A stretch of DNA of 63,815 nt, counting the filler, from Polymyxa betae A26-41 (taxonomy: Eukaryota > Protista > Endomyxa: Phytomyxea): assembly GCA_003693705.1 (NCBI GenBank). It is 5 parts of 5 records of this genome, joined end to end, with 100 filler letters (N's around TTAATTAATTAA, not from the genome) between each part and the next. Parts side by side here need not be neighbours in the genome. Positions count along the whole stretch, not along the records: positions 1 to 14,676 come from RBZT01000100.1; positions 14,777 to 40,402 come from RBZT01000955.1; 3 more parts are not named here. One strand, 5' to 3'. The stretch's first letter is position 1, and each line of letters opens with the position of its first letter. Made by a program: the position numbers and the translations under genes. The notes beneath the pieces are model-generated. The model did not search any database. It saw nothing but the letters and a program-made list of their open reading frames with translations, and was not told the DNA's origin. This document shows positions 13,612-27,201 of the stretch, piece by piece.

Positions 13612-14049
13612 CTGCAAGTGTGGTATCATAAACATCACCAACGTCGACGACAGGAACAGCAGAAGACCCTAACAACATTGCAACAACTATTATGGGCAAT
13701 TCAATTGGCAGCAAACATGTTTTTTTACGTAGGTCTTGGGAGATCTGACTAAAGTCTTGATAATCTGGTTTGCGACGCTGCTCCTTCCTTCGTTTAGCGG
13801 GCTTTGTTGACTTGAAGGTCAACTGCCGCTTGATATCCTGGTTAGGGGAGATTCTCATTGGCTGGACGCCAGAGAACGTCGGCTGCTCAGGAGTCCCAAT
13901 CCTATCGCCATTCGACCCAGTGAGACGCGTTCTCAGTTCCTGGACTAAACAGTGGCCTCGTGCCACAGTCCAGGAGAGCTTCGGCTTCCGAATGAGATGA
14001 TCGTTCGAAAGTAGTAGCGTGAACCGATGCGGAACATCAGCCACGCTCT

Positions 14050-14676
14050 AGAGGTTCTGTTCAATTTGATATGGTGGAAGGCTTCTGATACGTCTTCGCT
14101 TTAAATCAAGACGTGATCGTGCTGTCTCTTGATCGCATCGATAATACTCATCACGTCCTTGAGGCGTGGTAGCTTGATATCGAACTGGCTCGGATCGATA
14201 TGGGAGTTCACGGCGTCAGGGTAATCATTGCATGATAAATCATGGATAAGTCGGTCTAGATGTCCATTCTTTGGAACGGTATAGACTGGACAGTTTATGA
14301 AGAGAGGAAAGGGAATTTCGTCACGCATGAAGGGGCCGACGAAGTGCCCTTGCATGTGCTCTTTACGTAAGGTCGCGAGGAATCTTTGCCGTGAATCGCC
14401 ATGCTTTTCCGGTGAATCCCATTCTCTTGTTCGATTGGTCGAGCCAGTGTATCGGATATCTGCTCCTTCTGTGATACTGTTGTAAAACAGGGAGGCTCGT
14501 TGCTGCTCTGGGTGCTGCTGGAGCTCCACAGCCAGGTTGAGCCATGGTTGGACTTCGAGTCCTTGTTCCATCAGTTGAACCCGATCTGATCGTGGGGAGA
14601 ATCGCAAGACGGCTTCTGGGTCGTCGTATGGGTTCGTTTTGCTAGTATCTTCTCTCACTAGACTAGGGTTCTGATC
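14050..14676 (-). mobile_element. DIRS/Ngaro-type (tyrosine-recombinase retrotransposon) reverse transcriptase fragment
   Basis: KE..QG..VGPF, P..VPK, RLIHDLS, VNSHI, then stop and DVSEAFHHI; runs into the contig gap. Confidence 0.7.
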
Positions 14677-14776
14677 NNNNNNNNNNNNNNNNNNNNNNNN
14701 NNNNNNNNNNNNNNNNNNNNTTAATTAATTAANNNNNNNNNNNNNNNNNNNNNNNNNNNNNNNNNNNNNNNNNNNN
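14677..14776. other. Artificial contig spacer (N-TTAATTAATTAA-N)
   Basis: Same 100-bp linker with six-frame stops recurs four times. Confidence 0.97.
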
Positions 14777-16564
14777 TTGAATCTAGTCGATATCAATTAT
14801 AAGACAGCGACTTGTAAACAACCATACTTCTTTTGAATTTGATTAGCGCGTCGCCAACAGCAAAGAGAGCCATTACACTAAGAAATGAGATCGAGTAAAC
14901 ACCGGCAAGAATCTCTTCTCTGCCTCGTAAAAACCAATGCATTGATGAGCACACCGCAAAGAATGCAATTATGATCCAGTGAGAGGTATTTCTCCTGCAA
15001 AGAAGATATTAGCAAAAGAGTGTGTGAGCTCATAGTCAAAGATACCATTTATTCTGATGCAAAAGGATCTCTGGGAGGCATCTATCGAATGACATTCTGC
15101 TAACTAAACCGATGACACCCACATAGGCTGTCAACACAGAGCCAGATAAAACGATGAAGGCATCGATTCCAATTAGAGTTTCAAATATACGGCCATATGC
15201 ATCTCCTAAACAAATTCTAAGTGCGAGCCATAACACAATACGTGACCTGAATACCGCCAACAGCACGCGCCATTCTGGAAAGAATATAGTTTTGCGACAG
15301 CCGAATGTCTTCAATGGGCAATATCATCAGGGAAAGGAAGCTGATTGTCGGATTAATGACCATACTAGCGATCCACATGTTTCTAAGTGTTTTGGGGAAA
15401 ACACCTTCTTGCTGATCCTATCCTCGAAATGATTTATACCCAAGTTCGAAAAGTACTCGAGTCAAACCTCAATAAAATTCGCACTCGTTTCGAAACCGGA
15501 AATACCAAGAGATGCCTTAGAGAATCCCAGCAGCAATAAGCCAAAGTTAACATCAAAGGATTTCCTTGATAAAATCAAGGAAGTGTATAAGCAACGAACT
15601 TGCTGGAGTTACCAATTATGTAATAAGGAGTTTTGTTCAGAAAACAAAACGAAACCTAACGACCCAACAATTAATAAAGACAGCATACCTATAGATGAAC
15701 GTCAGTGATTAGCACGGTTTGAAGAACAACATACTCAGATGAACAGCAAAGATAACCTGAGCAACAGAGCCAGATTCCCGCATACCGCAAAGGCTTATAA
15801 AAGCAAATGCTGCAAGTAAGCCCTGGGCCGCAAGAGGGACATTTATACTGGGAAATACGGCGCTCAGATATTGACTTGCCTAAGAAACCTGTTATCTATA
15901 CAAAAGTTGATGGCGCAAACAAATCACGAACTGAAACAGCGCTGACAGTTCCGGTAGCGACGTATGATAGTATAGACAGGCAGGCTGCTAATGATGCAAG
16001 CAGCTTCGAGGTTGTGTTAAGTAAACAGCTAAAATAGCTTTAGCAAAAATCGTGACTTGAGAAAAAAGTCTTACTTATACACACCACCGTTTGATGGTAA
16101 AGCTAAGACCACCTCACTATATACAGAGCGAAACAGATATAGCATGAGCCCAACTAAAAGCAGAGAAAATGGAGCGAACACTCCTGATGCTGCAGCCGTA
16201 ATGCCAACAGTATCTATTATACCAAATGTCCTTAGTCTCCAAAGCGATACATGAATGTTATATATACATAGACAGCTAGACGTAATATCGTTCCCACAGA
16301 TTGCAGTAGCCATCAACTCTCCTAATTTGTGACGTTTAACATGATGTTCGGGAGGGACTGAAATGTCACTAACACGAACAACTTCATGCCTGAAAGATCC
16401 ACGTGAGTAATTAGTAGTAACAAATTGAATGCCCTAAACCTTCCCCATCCAGGGAATTGCCAGTTTGGTACTCCAGCAGGAACAACCCGATGGTCAATTT
16501 GCCGGTCTTCGTAAAGAAGCCGTCGTCTAATATCGCTTGACATAAAACGGGGTGTAGATGACAT
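14777..16564 (-). CDS. APC-superfamily amino acid permease, multi-exon, 3' end cut by gap
   Basis: ATAICGNDITSSCL, LALPSNGGVY, GISGFETSANFIE, LSGSVLTAYVGVIGL.RMSFDRCLP; multiple TM segments; GT-AG introns. Confidence 0.88.
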
Positions 16565-16727
16565 TAAATATGAGAATGTCTCTGTCTAAGCGGCTGCACT
16601 TGCTATACACATTGAAACCATTATGGATACACACTTTGAGACATATAGATGGGCTGCGCTATCATGTATAGGTAACTGATAGTGAGATACCGGCTCTGGG
16701 TCTCCCTCTGACTGCATCTTCATCATC

Positions 16728-18522
16728 ATGACATTATCTACATGCACAAGATATCTTACCTCACTTTCCAGGTCACACGCCAAGGTAGACTATCCGGTCT
16801 AATTTTCTGTCCGAAATTGCTGATTTGCCCAGGAGCTTAGTCAATTACCAAAGAGAAAACAAGTGTTCGCTTTCGGCGCAGGCATTTATGGAGAGCTAGG
16901 AAATGGCGAATACACCCCCTCTGTACATAAATAATGGTCGAGGTTCTTCATCAGATATTGATTGATATTGTATCAGTCAATTCCTGTAGCTATCGATAAG
17001 CGTTTCTTTACTAAGACATCAGACGAAGATATTGACATTGTCGATGTTGGATGTGGCTGGGCTAATTCTCATGCAATAACAAGGGATGGCCGTGTATATA
17101 TATGGGGATGGCCACATGGTATCATTCATATATATCACAGTCATTAGAATCAACAACTCAATTGCTCTTCCAGATCATCGTACCAGTATGTCTTGTGCAC
17201 TCATGTACAAACGAACTCCCAAGTTGCTTCGTTGGCTTCAGCGACAGAACTACTTAGGGGCTTTAGCGTTTCGCTCGGGAATTACGAAACCTGAACTGAT
17301 TCCTGAGTTGGAAGAGGTTGTTCAGTTCTCATCTGGAGCTGGATGGAGTGCTGCTGTCACTAAACAAGGCCATCTATATACTTTTGGTGATGGGTTCTAT
17401 GGACAGGTATTTGTACTGGATATTCTCCTGAGCCTTTCCTAATTAACTTTTCAGCTTTGCCAAGGGCCGAAAAAAACATATGTTGATTTACCTACTCGAG
17501 TTGTGTCTGATACGAGAGGGAAGTTCGAATTTGGAAATACAGAGATTGTACAAGCTTCATGTGGATTCGTTCACACTTTGATTCTGGATAAGAGCGGACA
17601 GGTTTTCTCTGCTGGCCGTCTAGATTGTTACGCTGTTGGGTATGTTCGATGAAATGATGTCATAATACTACTTCTTATATTACCTAGGATTGGTCATGTC
17701 GATGACCATTTTGATGAGAATATTCTGTCGTTGTGCACAACACCACAGAGTCTCTGGAAATGGCATTCCAAACTGGATCGCATTGGGGAAGAGCCTATGG
17801 GTCCTGTAATAAAGATATCAACTGGCCGAAATATCAGTGCATTCTTAACTCAAGATGGATGTCTATGGACCTGTGGGAAGAATGGAGGTGGAGCTCTCGG
17901 TATCAAATCGTTTCAATCGAAACCAATTCCAACTAAAATCGATCCGGGAACCTTTGATGGTGAGCGAATTACTGATGTTGCCTGTGGATTCTACCACATG
18001 GTGGCATTAACGGAATCTGGACGAGTCTTCACTTGGGTAACTAGTTTCTCATTTTCTAGTGATTGCTTATTATAAAATGGTCAGGGTATAGCCAACCATG
18101 GCCAAACTGGTCGATCTCCTCAATCTGGCGTCCTTAATATGGAAGCAAAAGCAAATACTTTGGGAGACCATCGCTATGCATTGTATAATCATGAGCCAGG
18201 CCAAATATTGGAAGGAATTCAAGCTAACTCTATATCAGCAGGTGGATATTACACTGCAGTTTTGACATCAGACGGTCTGTGTATTGTTATGGGAGGCGAT
18301 CCAACAGATTTCAATGCATATATACCCAAGCTGCCTTTCAGTAACAATCCTGTTCACAAGATCAGTTTCGGATTGTCACATGGTATTGCACTGTGTTATG
18401 AAGAGCATCAGCCTAATGATCGCTTTCGATCCGATACTGAAGCCATCACAGAAGAGATTGAGAGAAAGCTATTTGGACAGAGATCAATTCCTGGACCATT
18501 CGACCATTTCGCGAAACAATAA
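16728..18522 (+). CDS. RCC1-repeat protein (possibly mitochondrial RCC1L-like), multi-exon
   Basis: Repeated RCC1 blades (VFAFGAGIYGELG, GCGWANSHA..GRVYIWG, VACGFYHMVALTESGRVFTWG); N-terminus resembles a transit peptide. Confidence 0.88.
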
Positions 18523-18590
18523 AGTTATGATGCCCAGATTTTATCAATATTGGACAGTGATGTACAAAGCCTATTTTTTAACGGGAATAT

Positions 18591-19597
18591 TTAATGACTC
18601 GTCAATGTTTTCGGAAAACGAGCGATCTCATCGTAAACCATCATAAGGATACCTGTAGTGAAATGAGCTATCTAAATAAGGCAAGAAAACCTGTAGAAAC
18701 CTGTTCCCAAAGTGACACGCCATAATTTGATTGGCAGACCAGCAAATAAATGGCGTTTTGTTATGGAAGGAAACTGCAACAGAGATTGCGACCTAGCCTT
18801 AATGACATCTAATGGATTCCCAATAATGATAGTCATGGCACTAATAAAACAACACACCCCTAAATGACTAGCACCTGATGCTACATCCTATCACAATTAG
18901 CCATACATCTTATAGCACCTACGAAAAGGCAGACCCGATTTTGTATATCGCCCAGTAATTTTACTGACGAGAATGTAACTGTCCCATATATGCTGAATTC
19001 AGTCAGTGTTGAGGCAAATTGAGAAGCTGTAATCGAGTTACCTTTGCCTAGCAACTGTTGGCAATAATCCCCGAAATAAACCTCGATAATCAGTTCCATT
19101 CTGGGTTACCGACTTGAAACCCTCTCGTCTAAATTGGAAGATCAACATCGACTATCAAACATGATCGGCAATATAAAAATACAATGACATTCTGGACTCA
19201 GCAACCTGCATTGGGATCTTGATAGCCTCAAATGGAGTGATGATAGCTCCTTCAATTGCCCCAAATGCAGCTCCGGCTAAGGCAGCGGCCGGTAAGGCAT
19301 GCTGTTTAATGTTGACCTTTTGTGCAGCAAAATACCGAAAAGATAGCAATGGTATATTAGAGGCCATATGTGGAATAAAGCCATTATAAAGAATACGATT
19401 GGTATACAATCTGGCAATGATACTGGATGCAGATCTTGCTGGGACATAGATGGGAGACGTCTAGGTAGATGATCAGGGAGGTGATTGATGATCTATCTGT
19501 GCAATACCTGAAGCCTAGTGACAGCAACATCTAATGGATATAATACTGATGTCTCTATAATAGATGCAGATAACCATGATATTACTGAATACATCAT
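18591..19597 (-). CDS. Mitochondrial carrier (SLC25 family, ODC-like), multi-exon
   Basis: Three PX[DE]XX[KR]-type signatures: YPLDVAVTRLQ, TPFEAIKIPMQ, NPLDVIKARSQ. Confidence 0.85.
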
Positions 19598-19911
19598 ATG
19601 ACATAATCATTGCGTCCCAACAAACTATAAATTCCATTTCAATTCTACACATTGCTAATGTAGTCCTAATACATTCCATCACATTATCACAACTTTGCAT
19701 CTCTATGATGCTGATAATAACGCATATGATATGAAGATGATAATGTTCACACGACCAGTTTATTGGATACAAGCAATCAGGATATGGAAGAATGTATTAG
19801 GATAGGATATATTAAAGAGGTATCTTGATATGTGAATATTTATGCAATGAGATTAATAAATCAAGATTCACAGTAAATAGCAGGATGAGAATTTCATGGT
19901 ATGAATCAGTA

Positions 19912-20838
19912 TTAACCTTGCACATGTTGTTCTGATAGACGACATTCTATTGGTACAATACCACCAAACAACTCTCTCTGTCCATTAATAAAATAATCGC
20001 TTTGCTGATCGAACCTCTCTACAATAGGTCTACCAACATAATCACCATGCCATTCTCTTGGTCCAGGAAATGGTCGAGATACAACTTCAGATTCAAATAC
20101 TTGACAATGAAATGCATCATGAACGAGAACATTAGACTTAATTAAAGGCCAGATAAATGTTGTTAACCAGATATGTTCTAGAGATGAACCATCATCCATA
20201 CTGCTGCCATATTTATCAGATATATATTGTAGAGTCTGAAGTGTAGATATTCGAGATCTAATATGCTGTGCAGTAGCTGACCACTGACCAGGTACTATCA
20301 ATTGCATTTGATTTGGATGATCTCTCATAATATGATATCTAGGTGCAGATCTCATCCAGGTATTAACAGCTTCTAATTCCCGAGTTGAGATTCGGGTATC
20401 AGTATCACGAAACATGACTCGATTAACATCTTCATCATCTAATGCCAGATATCGCCATAATCGACCATATATCATCCATGGTTTATCATGAGATATTGGA
20501 ATAACTTCAGCACCAAGTCTATGAAGTTGCTGAACAATATCGGATGGAACTGATTCGTCAATATAAAATCTTGGAATCCATCCAGGATATAATGCAGGTA
20601 TTTGTTCAGCATTACGAATAGCACCAATTGTATACAATGTGCTATTACCAAATAGACTAAATGCAATAACTTGTTTGGTACCAGGTGATAGATTCAAGTT
20701 ATCAGAACGTATCATATCAGAATCTGATCCCGAATCTATCATCAGATAGCATCCGATTATGAAGCTAGTTAGATTAACGATTACAACACGAAATATGGAT
20801 TTATGAGACCATCGCTGATGATGATGCTGGAATGGCAT
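19912..20838 (-). CDS. Intronless type II membrane protein, uncharacterised glycosyltransferase-like family
   Basis: N-terminal TM; VIAFSLFG..Y..GAIRNAE..YPGW..RFY.D; RDTD (DxD); HIMRDHP. Confidence 0.7.
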   Translation of the reverse strand: MPFQHHHQRWSHKSIFRVVIVNLTSFIIGCYLMIDSGSDSDMIRSDNLNLSPGTKQVIAFSLFGNSTLYTIGAIRNAEQIPALYPGWIPRFYIDESVPSDIVQQLHRLGAEVIPISHDKPWMIYGRLWRYLALDDEDVNRVMFRDTDTRISTRELEAVNTWMRSAPRYHIMRDHPNQMQLIVPGQWSATAQHIRSRISTLQTLQYISDKYGSSMDDGSSLEHIWLTTFIWPLIKSNVLVHDAFHCQVFESEVVSRPFPGPREWHGDYVGRPIVERFDQQSDYFINGQRELFGGIVPIECRLSEQHVQG

Positions 20839-20923
20839 CTGGAATAACTAAATAGCCATGGTGTTGATATTCCCCCAAAATCCCCTTCTTCTTTCTGTGA
20901 CAAATAGCTCCTAGTTCATGTGA

Positions 20924-21322
20924 CTATCCTGGTCCAACTTTAGGAATATCATAATGTTCAGATAAAGTGGACAAATGATTGTTAAACTGTTCGATTTTTT
21001 GCCGATGTGTCTTTTCGATTTTTTTCGCAATCAGCTTCTCTTCCTGCAAAGCACATCAATGATGATTATATGAAAAACTTTAACAACCTACCAATTTTTG
21101 GCGAGTTTGTTCGAACTTAATTTCAGCTTGGGTTTTTGTCGGCGGTACGATTACAACAGGAGCTGGCTGTTCAGACGGTTCAGGCAGCTTCTCTTCGTCG
21201 GCTGCAGGCTGCTTTGATTTTTTCTTTCTCTTTTTTGGTTGCCCGGATTCTGTAGTCGAAACGGTAGATCGTTTGAGCTTGAGTCGGCCACCGATGACAT
21301 TATCGAGAGCAGAACTGCTCAT
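20924..21322 (-). CDS. FAM32A: FAM32A-like protein (one intron)
   Basis: [45 protein letters not shown]-terminus. Confidence 0.9.
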
Positions 21323-21548
21323 TGATGTCAAGGAGAGAGAAATCTCTAATGAAATAATTGCGTATGATTGGGAGGAGATTTTATCTGTGTAACTTCAGCA
21401 ATTACATCGTTGACATTGATGAAAGACCCTGATTGTTGTACACTCTGTAAGTCTGTGACTTTGAGTCTGGCCATATTCTCTTCCATTCTCATCCATGACG
21501 TCACGCTTTGTGCAAAATCAACAGGCATTTGAGCACCTTGTATGTGCA

Positions 21549-23279
21549 ATGGATGCCTCTCGGGACATCGATAATGATGTCTGTTAGTATTCGATATTTC
21601 AGAAAAAGAAGAATGAGCATCGTCTGATCAGTAATAGAAAACAGCAGCAATTTCAATGGATCCAGGAGAACAATTATCTACGGAATAGGCAGTAAATCAA
21701 CCCCAATAAGATGAATTGCACCAAATGATGTTAATATTTGTCAATAGGAAACAATTGGAGATGCAGATTGATGGGCTTTGTAGTCTGAATAATATTACCA
21801 AACCTGATTTTAACGCTAATATTGATGAAGACCAAGCTGAATGTAATGCAGAAGATTTTATCAAACAATTAACTGATGAGATTGAAAATGATATGAAGGT
21901 CATTCATCATGATACATCGAGTAAGAATATCGCTATCGAACTTCCCCAATCCCATCGAGACTGTTCATGCATACGAAATATCGAACGTATTTTTAAAGAG
22001 AAGAAGATGGAATTGGAACAGTGTTATGAGATGAAATTACATGAATATCAGGATAAATTTGAGAAGTATTGTGAGCAGATCAATGTTTCAGTTAGGTCTA
22101 GAACTGGTAGATGGGATGTTTGTTTACATGAAAGGTTGCATAAACTTCTCAGTTCCATATCTGATCTCAATTTTCAATTAGGTTTGAGTCCGTTTATTCA
22201 AGTTACTTTCGAGAGCAGAATTCTAGACAAAAATTATTTCTACAACTGGTCCATTTGATCCCTTCGAAATCCAAATCCGATATCAAGCAGCATATGGATT
22301 GGTTTCAGAAATATCGCACATATCATGTTGCTATGAAAGATCACAAAAACGCCTTCAAACGGTTCAACAATATTGTAGTCTCTGTGCACTATGATAATTG
22401 AATATTTCGTAGAGATACGGAAACTTTGCAAAACGAACTAATCTCGGCTCAAATCGAGGTATACCGTGTGAAATTGTAGTTCACAGGATAAATCAATAAT
22501 GTAGATACTATAGGCACTTAGCAAATGTGAAGCAGAACGTGAATCTTTCAGGCAGAAACAGCTTTTAGATCAGAAATGTGAATATCTCCATAGCAGACTG
22601 GCTCATCTTCGAACAGAATGGGATGATAGAATTCAAGAAGTTCAACAGCGACAAATAGAGCAACAATTGATTGATGAGCACAACCAGAGCAAAGAGCGGG
22701 TTGGTGTATCAGCAAATTTGTATCAGTTTAGCTAACTAATGCTGGCAGATGAAGTGGCGAAAACATCAAGAGATGAATCACAAATTGATTGAGCAATTCA
22801 GGAAGGAAAAAGCAGAACATGCTGCTATCGAATTTGAAATTCTAAAACAGATCGAAGAGCATCATAGACAGACACAAATAGATGTTAATGGAATTAATCA
22901 AGAACGTGTCAAGTACCGTCAGAAATGTCTTGAAGAAAGACATGCTCAGAGGCAAGCCATGATTGAGGCGGGATTATTAGAAGTCGAAAAACGACGTCAT
23001 CGATTAGAATCGATCAAGAAACTAGTGGAGGTTCATGCAGAACGTGATCCCGAGCGAGTTCTTCAGGAGACGATCTCCTCCAAATGTAGGCATGATGCCA
23101 CTATGAACTCGAACTCGACTGATTGTGCACCATTTAAACATGTACATGGATATAATATGGACCAACTGATTGCAGATCGAAGATTTGCAGTGGGTTTGGC
23201 GCTTTCTGAATCTGGATTATATAATAGTGACTATGGACATTGGTTAATGCTATCTGGTCAATATAATCAAATGTTATAG
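21549..23279 (+). CDS. CCDC148-like coiled-coil protein, multi-exon (start approximate)
   Basis: Long coiled coil; C-terminal V.AERDPERVLQET and GYNMDQLIADRRF..ALSESGL..SDY motifs. Confidence 0.7.
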
Positions 23280-23294
23280 TTTCTCTTATCTACA

Positions 23295-24950
23295 TTATCT
23301 GTTGGAAATCTTCTCGATGAAGCATCACTGTATTATTGGGTCCGAAATCGCTTTCGTCGGGTCCCCCACATTACTTGCTGCTGGATTTGTTCTGTCCACA
23401 TTGTTTTCTGGAGTTTATTGTTGCTTTAGAAGAATTACTGGCAGCTCAGCTGCAGTGCAATGAGATCTGGTCGATATGAATGGCGGCGACCCATCCGAAA
23501 AGATTGTTTTGTGCCAGAAAATCTTCCAGAGCCCGAGAACGAAATTTGAGTAACACGAAACCAGACCAAGGTGAGGGCAAGCGAGATTGCCTGACATTAT
23601 TCGTTGCAACCTCAGCGCGTTGGTGTGTTTCCCTGCGTGCGAAGTTGCAATCATTGAGGAATCTTCCCCTAAGGTCATTTTATGGGTGAAGTTATAGACA
23701 TCTGAATGCTTGAAGCTTTACCTTCACTAAAATTGTGATCGAATGAAAAAGCCATTGAATTTGATCACAAGGCTTTGCTGCTCTTCCTGTGAGGACATTG
23801 GAAAGATTTTTAGTCGAAACCGATGCTGTTTACACAGAGCTTACCAACGAATCAAATTAAATGTTGTGATCTCTCGGAGATTTGACCAGATTGGATAGTG
23901 AGTGAAGTCTTCCAGACCCCAAAACGTCGTTGCTGATGTTGCTGTAAGCTTGTCAACCTCCCCCAGATAATGTAATCAAGCGCTGACATCAGAACAACTA
24001 ATGAGGAAATGATAGGCAACTTAATGTATCTGAGATTGATATTCAGTTCTTCAATGCCGTGAACTATACAATGCTCTTCAAATTGGAGAACACTGGCGAT
24101 CGTCATCGCTAACGTGATAGGAAGCGGCGGCCGAATATTGACGTAGGACGTTAACCGAATGACAAAGGTGCTGGAAGGTAAATGATGAATGCATGATTAT
24201 TGACTGCATTGGAAATAGTGGTTAGTGATGATTATAATGAATGGGCTCATATACTGAATCTGTAAGATCTAAGTGATATATTACAGCATCATGTGAGCAT
24301 GCACATGATACCTGCACCATTATCAATGTATTTATCATATGTTGCTTTCAACTGAACCATCATCTTATCTCAGAACAACCTGCAATCTGAGTTCAATCTC
24401 TACATCATTACTTGAGATTATAAAACATAAATATACATAAGGGAGACTCAGCTCCTGTTCGATTGCTTTCTTGAGAAAGCCTCGTTCGGTGGAGCAATCA
24501 TTTTTCGATCCCGTGAATTGAATTGCAATTAATGAATATCTTTGGATAATTTTTACTCTGGATAAGCACTACCTAGACCTCGTGATGTCAATCTGTTCGA
24601 TCATAAGAGTTGGCAGTTAGCAAGTGCAGATCAGCGAGATGTTGAGACCTAATACTTGCCAATGTTCTGGTAGGAAGATATGCTCCATTAACTGAAACCA
24701 GTGTTGCTGGTAGTTCTGGAGCTTGGCTGGAACATCAGATATTGGTCTTGGGCTGAAGGTGACAGCACAGATTAGACGATTTCATTCCATTGCATGAACG
24801 GAACAATCGCACATCATAATACAATACATGTTCTGCACAGCATCGCTTACTGTACAGAACTGTCTCATCAAAGACATATTGATCGAATTTCAAGACGAAA
24901 CACTCCAGAGTACAGTAAACGCATTGCAATTCGACTAAAGATGTATTTCC
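23295..24950 (-). CDS. Probable multi-exon gene of unknown function (boundaries uncertain)
   Basis: Chain of open segments with GT-AG-like junctions filling the space between CCDC148-like and HslU; no family recognised. Confidence 0.3.
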
Positions 24951-25011
24951 ACATGAAAATATATTTTGATTTCTTTTGATTTTGGTGGATGAAAGCCGTT
25001 TAGATGGATGA

Positions 25012-27003
25012 TCATAAGACAAATTTAGACAAGTCGGTGTTTGTTATCAAAGGAGCTAGTCGCTGTCGAACATATTCGGCATCAATTGTTATCTCACGCT
25101 GATCTTCAGGATAATCAGGAGCGTTAAAACTGATGTCTGCCACGATTTTCTCAATCACTGTATGTAGTCGCCTAGCTCCGATATTCTCCACCTAAACATC
25201 AAATCATTCAGAAATCGATCTTGTGATATGTAATTGTGCCCAGACCGTTCTATTTAATAAATTAGCGATACGAGCAATTTCTCGAATAGATTCGTCAGAA
25301 AATTTCAGAGCCAAATTTTCGGCCGCCAGCAGTGCAACCTGCAAAGAATCTCAACGAAATCAAGAAATATGATTGCTTAAGCGTACCTGTTGTTTGATCA
25401 AGTTAAACTCCGGCTCTGTTAAAATACGATAGAGATCCGCTTCCTGATCGCATTTCAGAAGGACAAAAATTCAATTCAATCATGAATGTCATACATCGAG
25501 TCCCCTCAGTTCAACGCGAATTGGAAGGCGCCCTTGAAGCTCAGCTAGAAGATCGCTGGGCTTAACCGCATGAAATGCCCCGCTAGCTATAAACAAACTT
25601 TACAATATCAAATCAGCAAGGGCAAACGGCAGGTTAATATCTGCATACATATGATCTGTTGTGATATTGCCATATTTGGTATTTACAACTGAACCCTCGA
25701 TTAACGGTAGTAGGTCTCTCTGTACACCTATTTATGGGTCAGAACACAGACTCCGATATTTGAGCAATAAAAACTAATCAACCTTCAGCTGAGGCATCCG
25801 CAGACGGCCTATGAGAGTCTTTCCGTGTACAAATCTTATCAATCTCATCAATAAAAACAATGCCATTCTGCTCTGCCAGCTTGATGGCATCAGCTGTCAA
25901 ATCGCCAGTTTCAAGTATTCGTTCTGATTCAGCTTCCTTCACAATAAAATTAACGTGGGGTCTCTATCTGATTTCATTGATAACTTACGATCAGAATGGG
26001 TCGAGCTTCAGCAACCGTCATCTCAGTTCGAATCGTTTTTTTGGCACTAACCAATTTCTTAATATTTGTGATGATATCAGCCTGATCTTTGAATGAATCA
26101 ATACGATCTTGGTCGTCTTTGAAAGGAACATCAACAGTGATGACCTGCTGCTCCAGACGCCCTTCCCGGAGCAGCTTTCTTTAAGTATCTCAGCATAACC
26201 ATGTCATAAGACACAACGCTGAAACTACCTAAAAGCGTTCTTATATTGTACATCATCGCCGACCAGGCAAGAGAGAATCTTCTCCTCAGTAAGATCGTCG
26301 ACATGTTGGGCAGTCTGTTTCCTCCTCTGAGCTCGAATCATTGCCATCGATGCTTCGATTAGATCTCGTAGTATATGATCCACATCTCTGCCGTGGAATC
26401 CCTGAAATTTGATCTTTTGGTATCACTGATAAAACTAAGTGTTGATATCCTACCGTCTCTGTACGAAACTTTAATGAGTTGATTTGGTTTGTAATTGCGA
26501 TCTCTAACCAGTAAATTTTGTTGCTTCTACTTTGACAAAGGGAGCCTGAGCAAGCAATGCAAGTCGCCTTGCAATTTCTGTCTTTCCACAGCCAGTTGGT
26601 CCTATCATAAGTATATTTCTGGGTGTAATTTCACTAAGCATTGGCCCAGATAGATGCAGACGTCGCCATCTATTCTCAGCAATTAGCAAAGCTTATTATG
26701 ATATCAAGTTAACACTGACCTATTCCTCAGAGCAACAGCAACAGCGTGCTTAGCATCGACCTGACCAACAATAAACCTCTCAAGATTTTCAACAATTTCT
26801 CTCGGCTTCAAAGCTGCTTATTGAACATTAATATCAAATAACAGTCGTCGAGCAGCACCGAGACACCGACCATAATCTAGATCAACTGACTTCCTGGACG
26901 AAGCCGCCTTGGGATTGACTCTGGCCTGAGCTGAAGCTGTAGAGAAACCCTGGCGAATAGTGGTGGAATGAGGCCTAGTAAGACGACGTAGAAGAGATGT
27001 CAT
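25012..27003 (-). CDS. hslU: HslU ATP-dependent protease ATPase subunit, mitochondrial, multi-exon
   Basis: Arg/Ser-rich presequence; [71 protein letters not shown]. Confidence 0.95.
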
Positions 27004-27201
27004 ATCATGAAAGTGGTGTTAATGAGTGAAGTAGGACTAAAGACCACACAGAACTCACACAACTAAATTTACTATCACTTTACTACAGACGCAATCCCGC
27101 AATAGTCTAATAACAACCAGCGACATCTACTGAATGGTGTGAAAGGAAAGCAGCAAACGTCAATCTGGCTAAGGCCAAAACGTCATTCAAATAGAAAATA
27201 T

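Noticed and set aside
14721-14732. TTAATTAATTAA motif recurring four times within N runs
   Set aside because: Artificial six-frame-stop contig linker, not biology
25012-27003. hslU as evidence of bacterial contamination or recent HGT
   Set aside because: Spliceosomal introns, a presequence and eukaryotic neighbours
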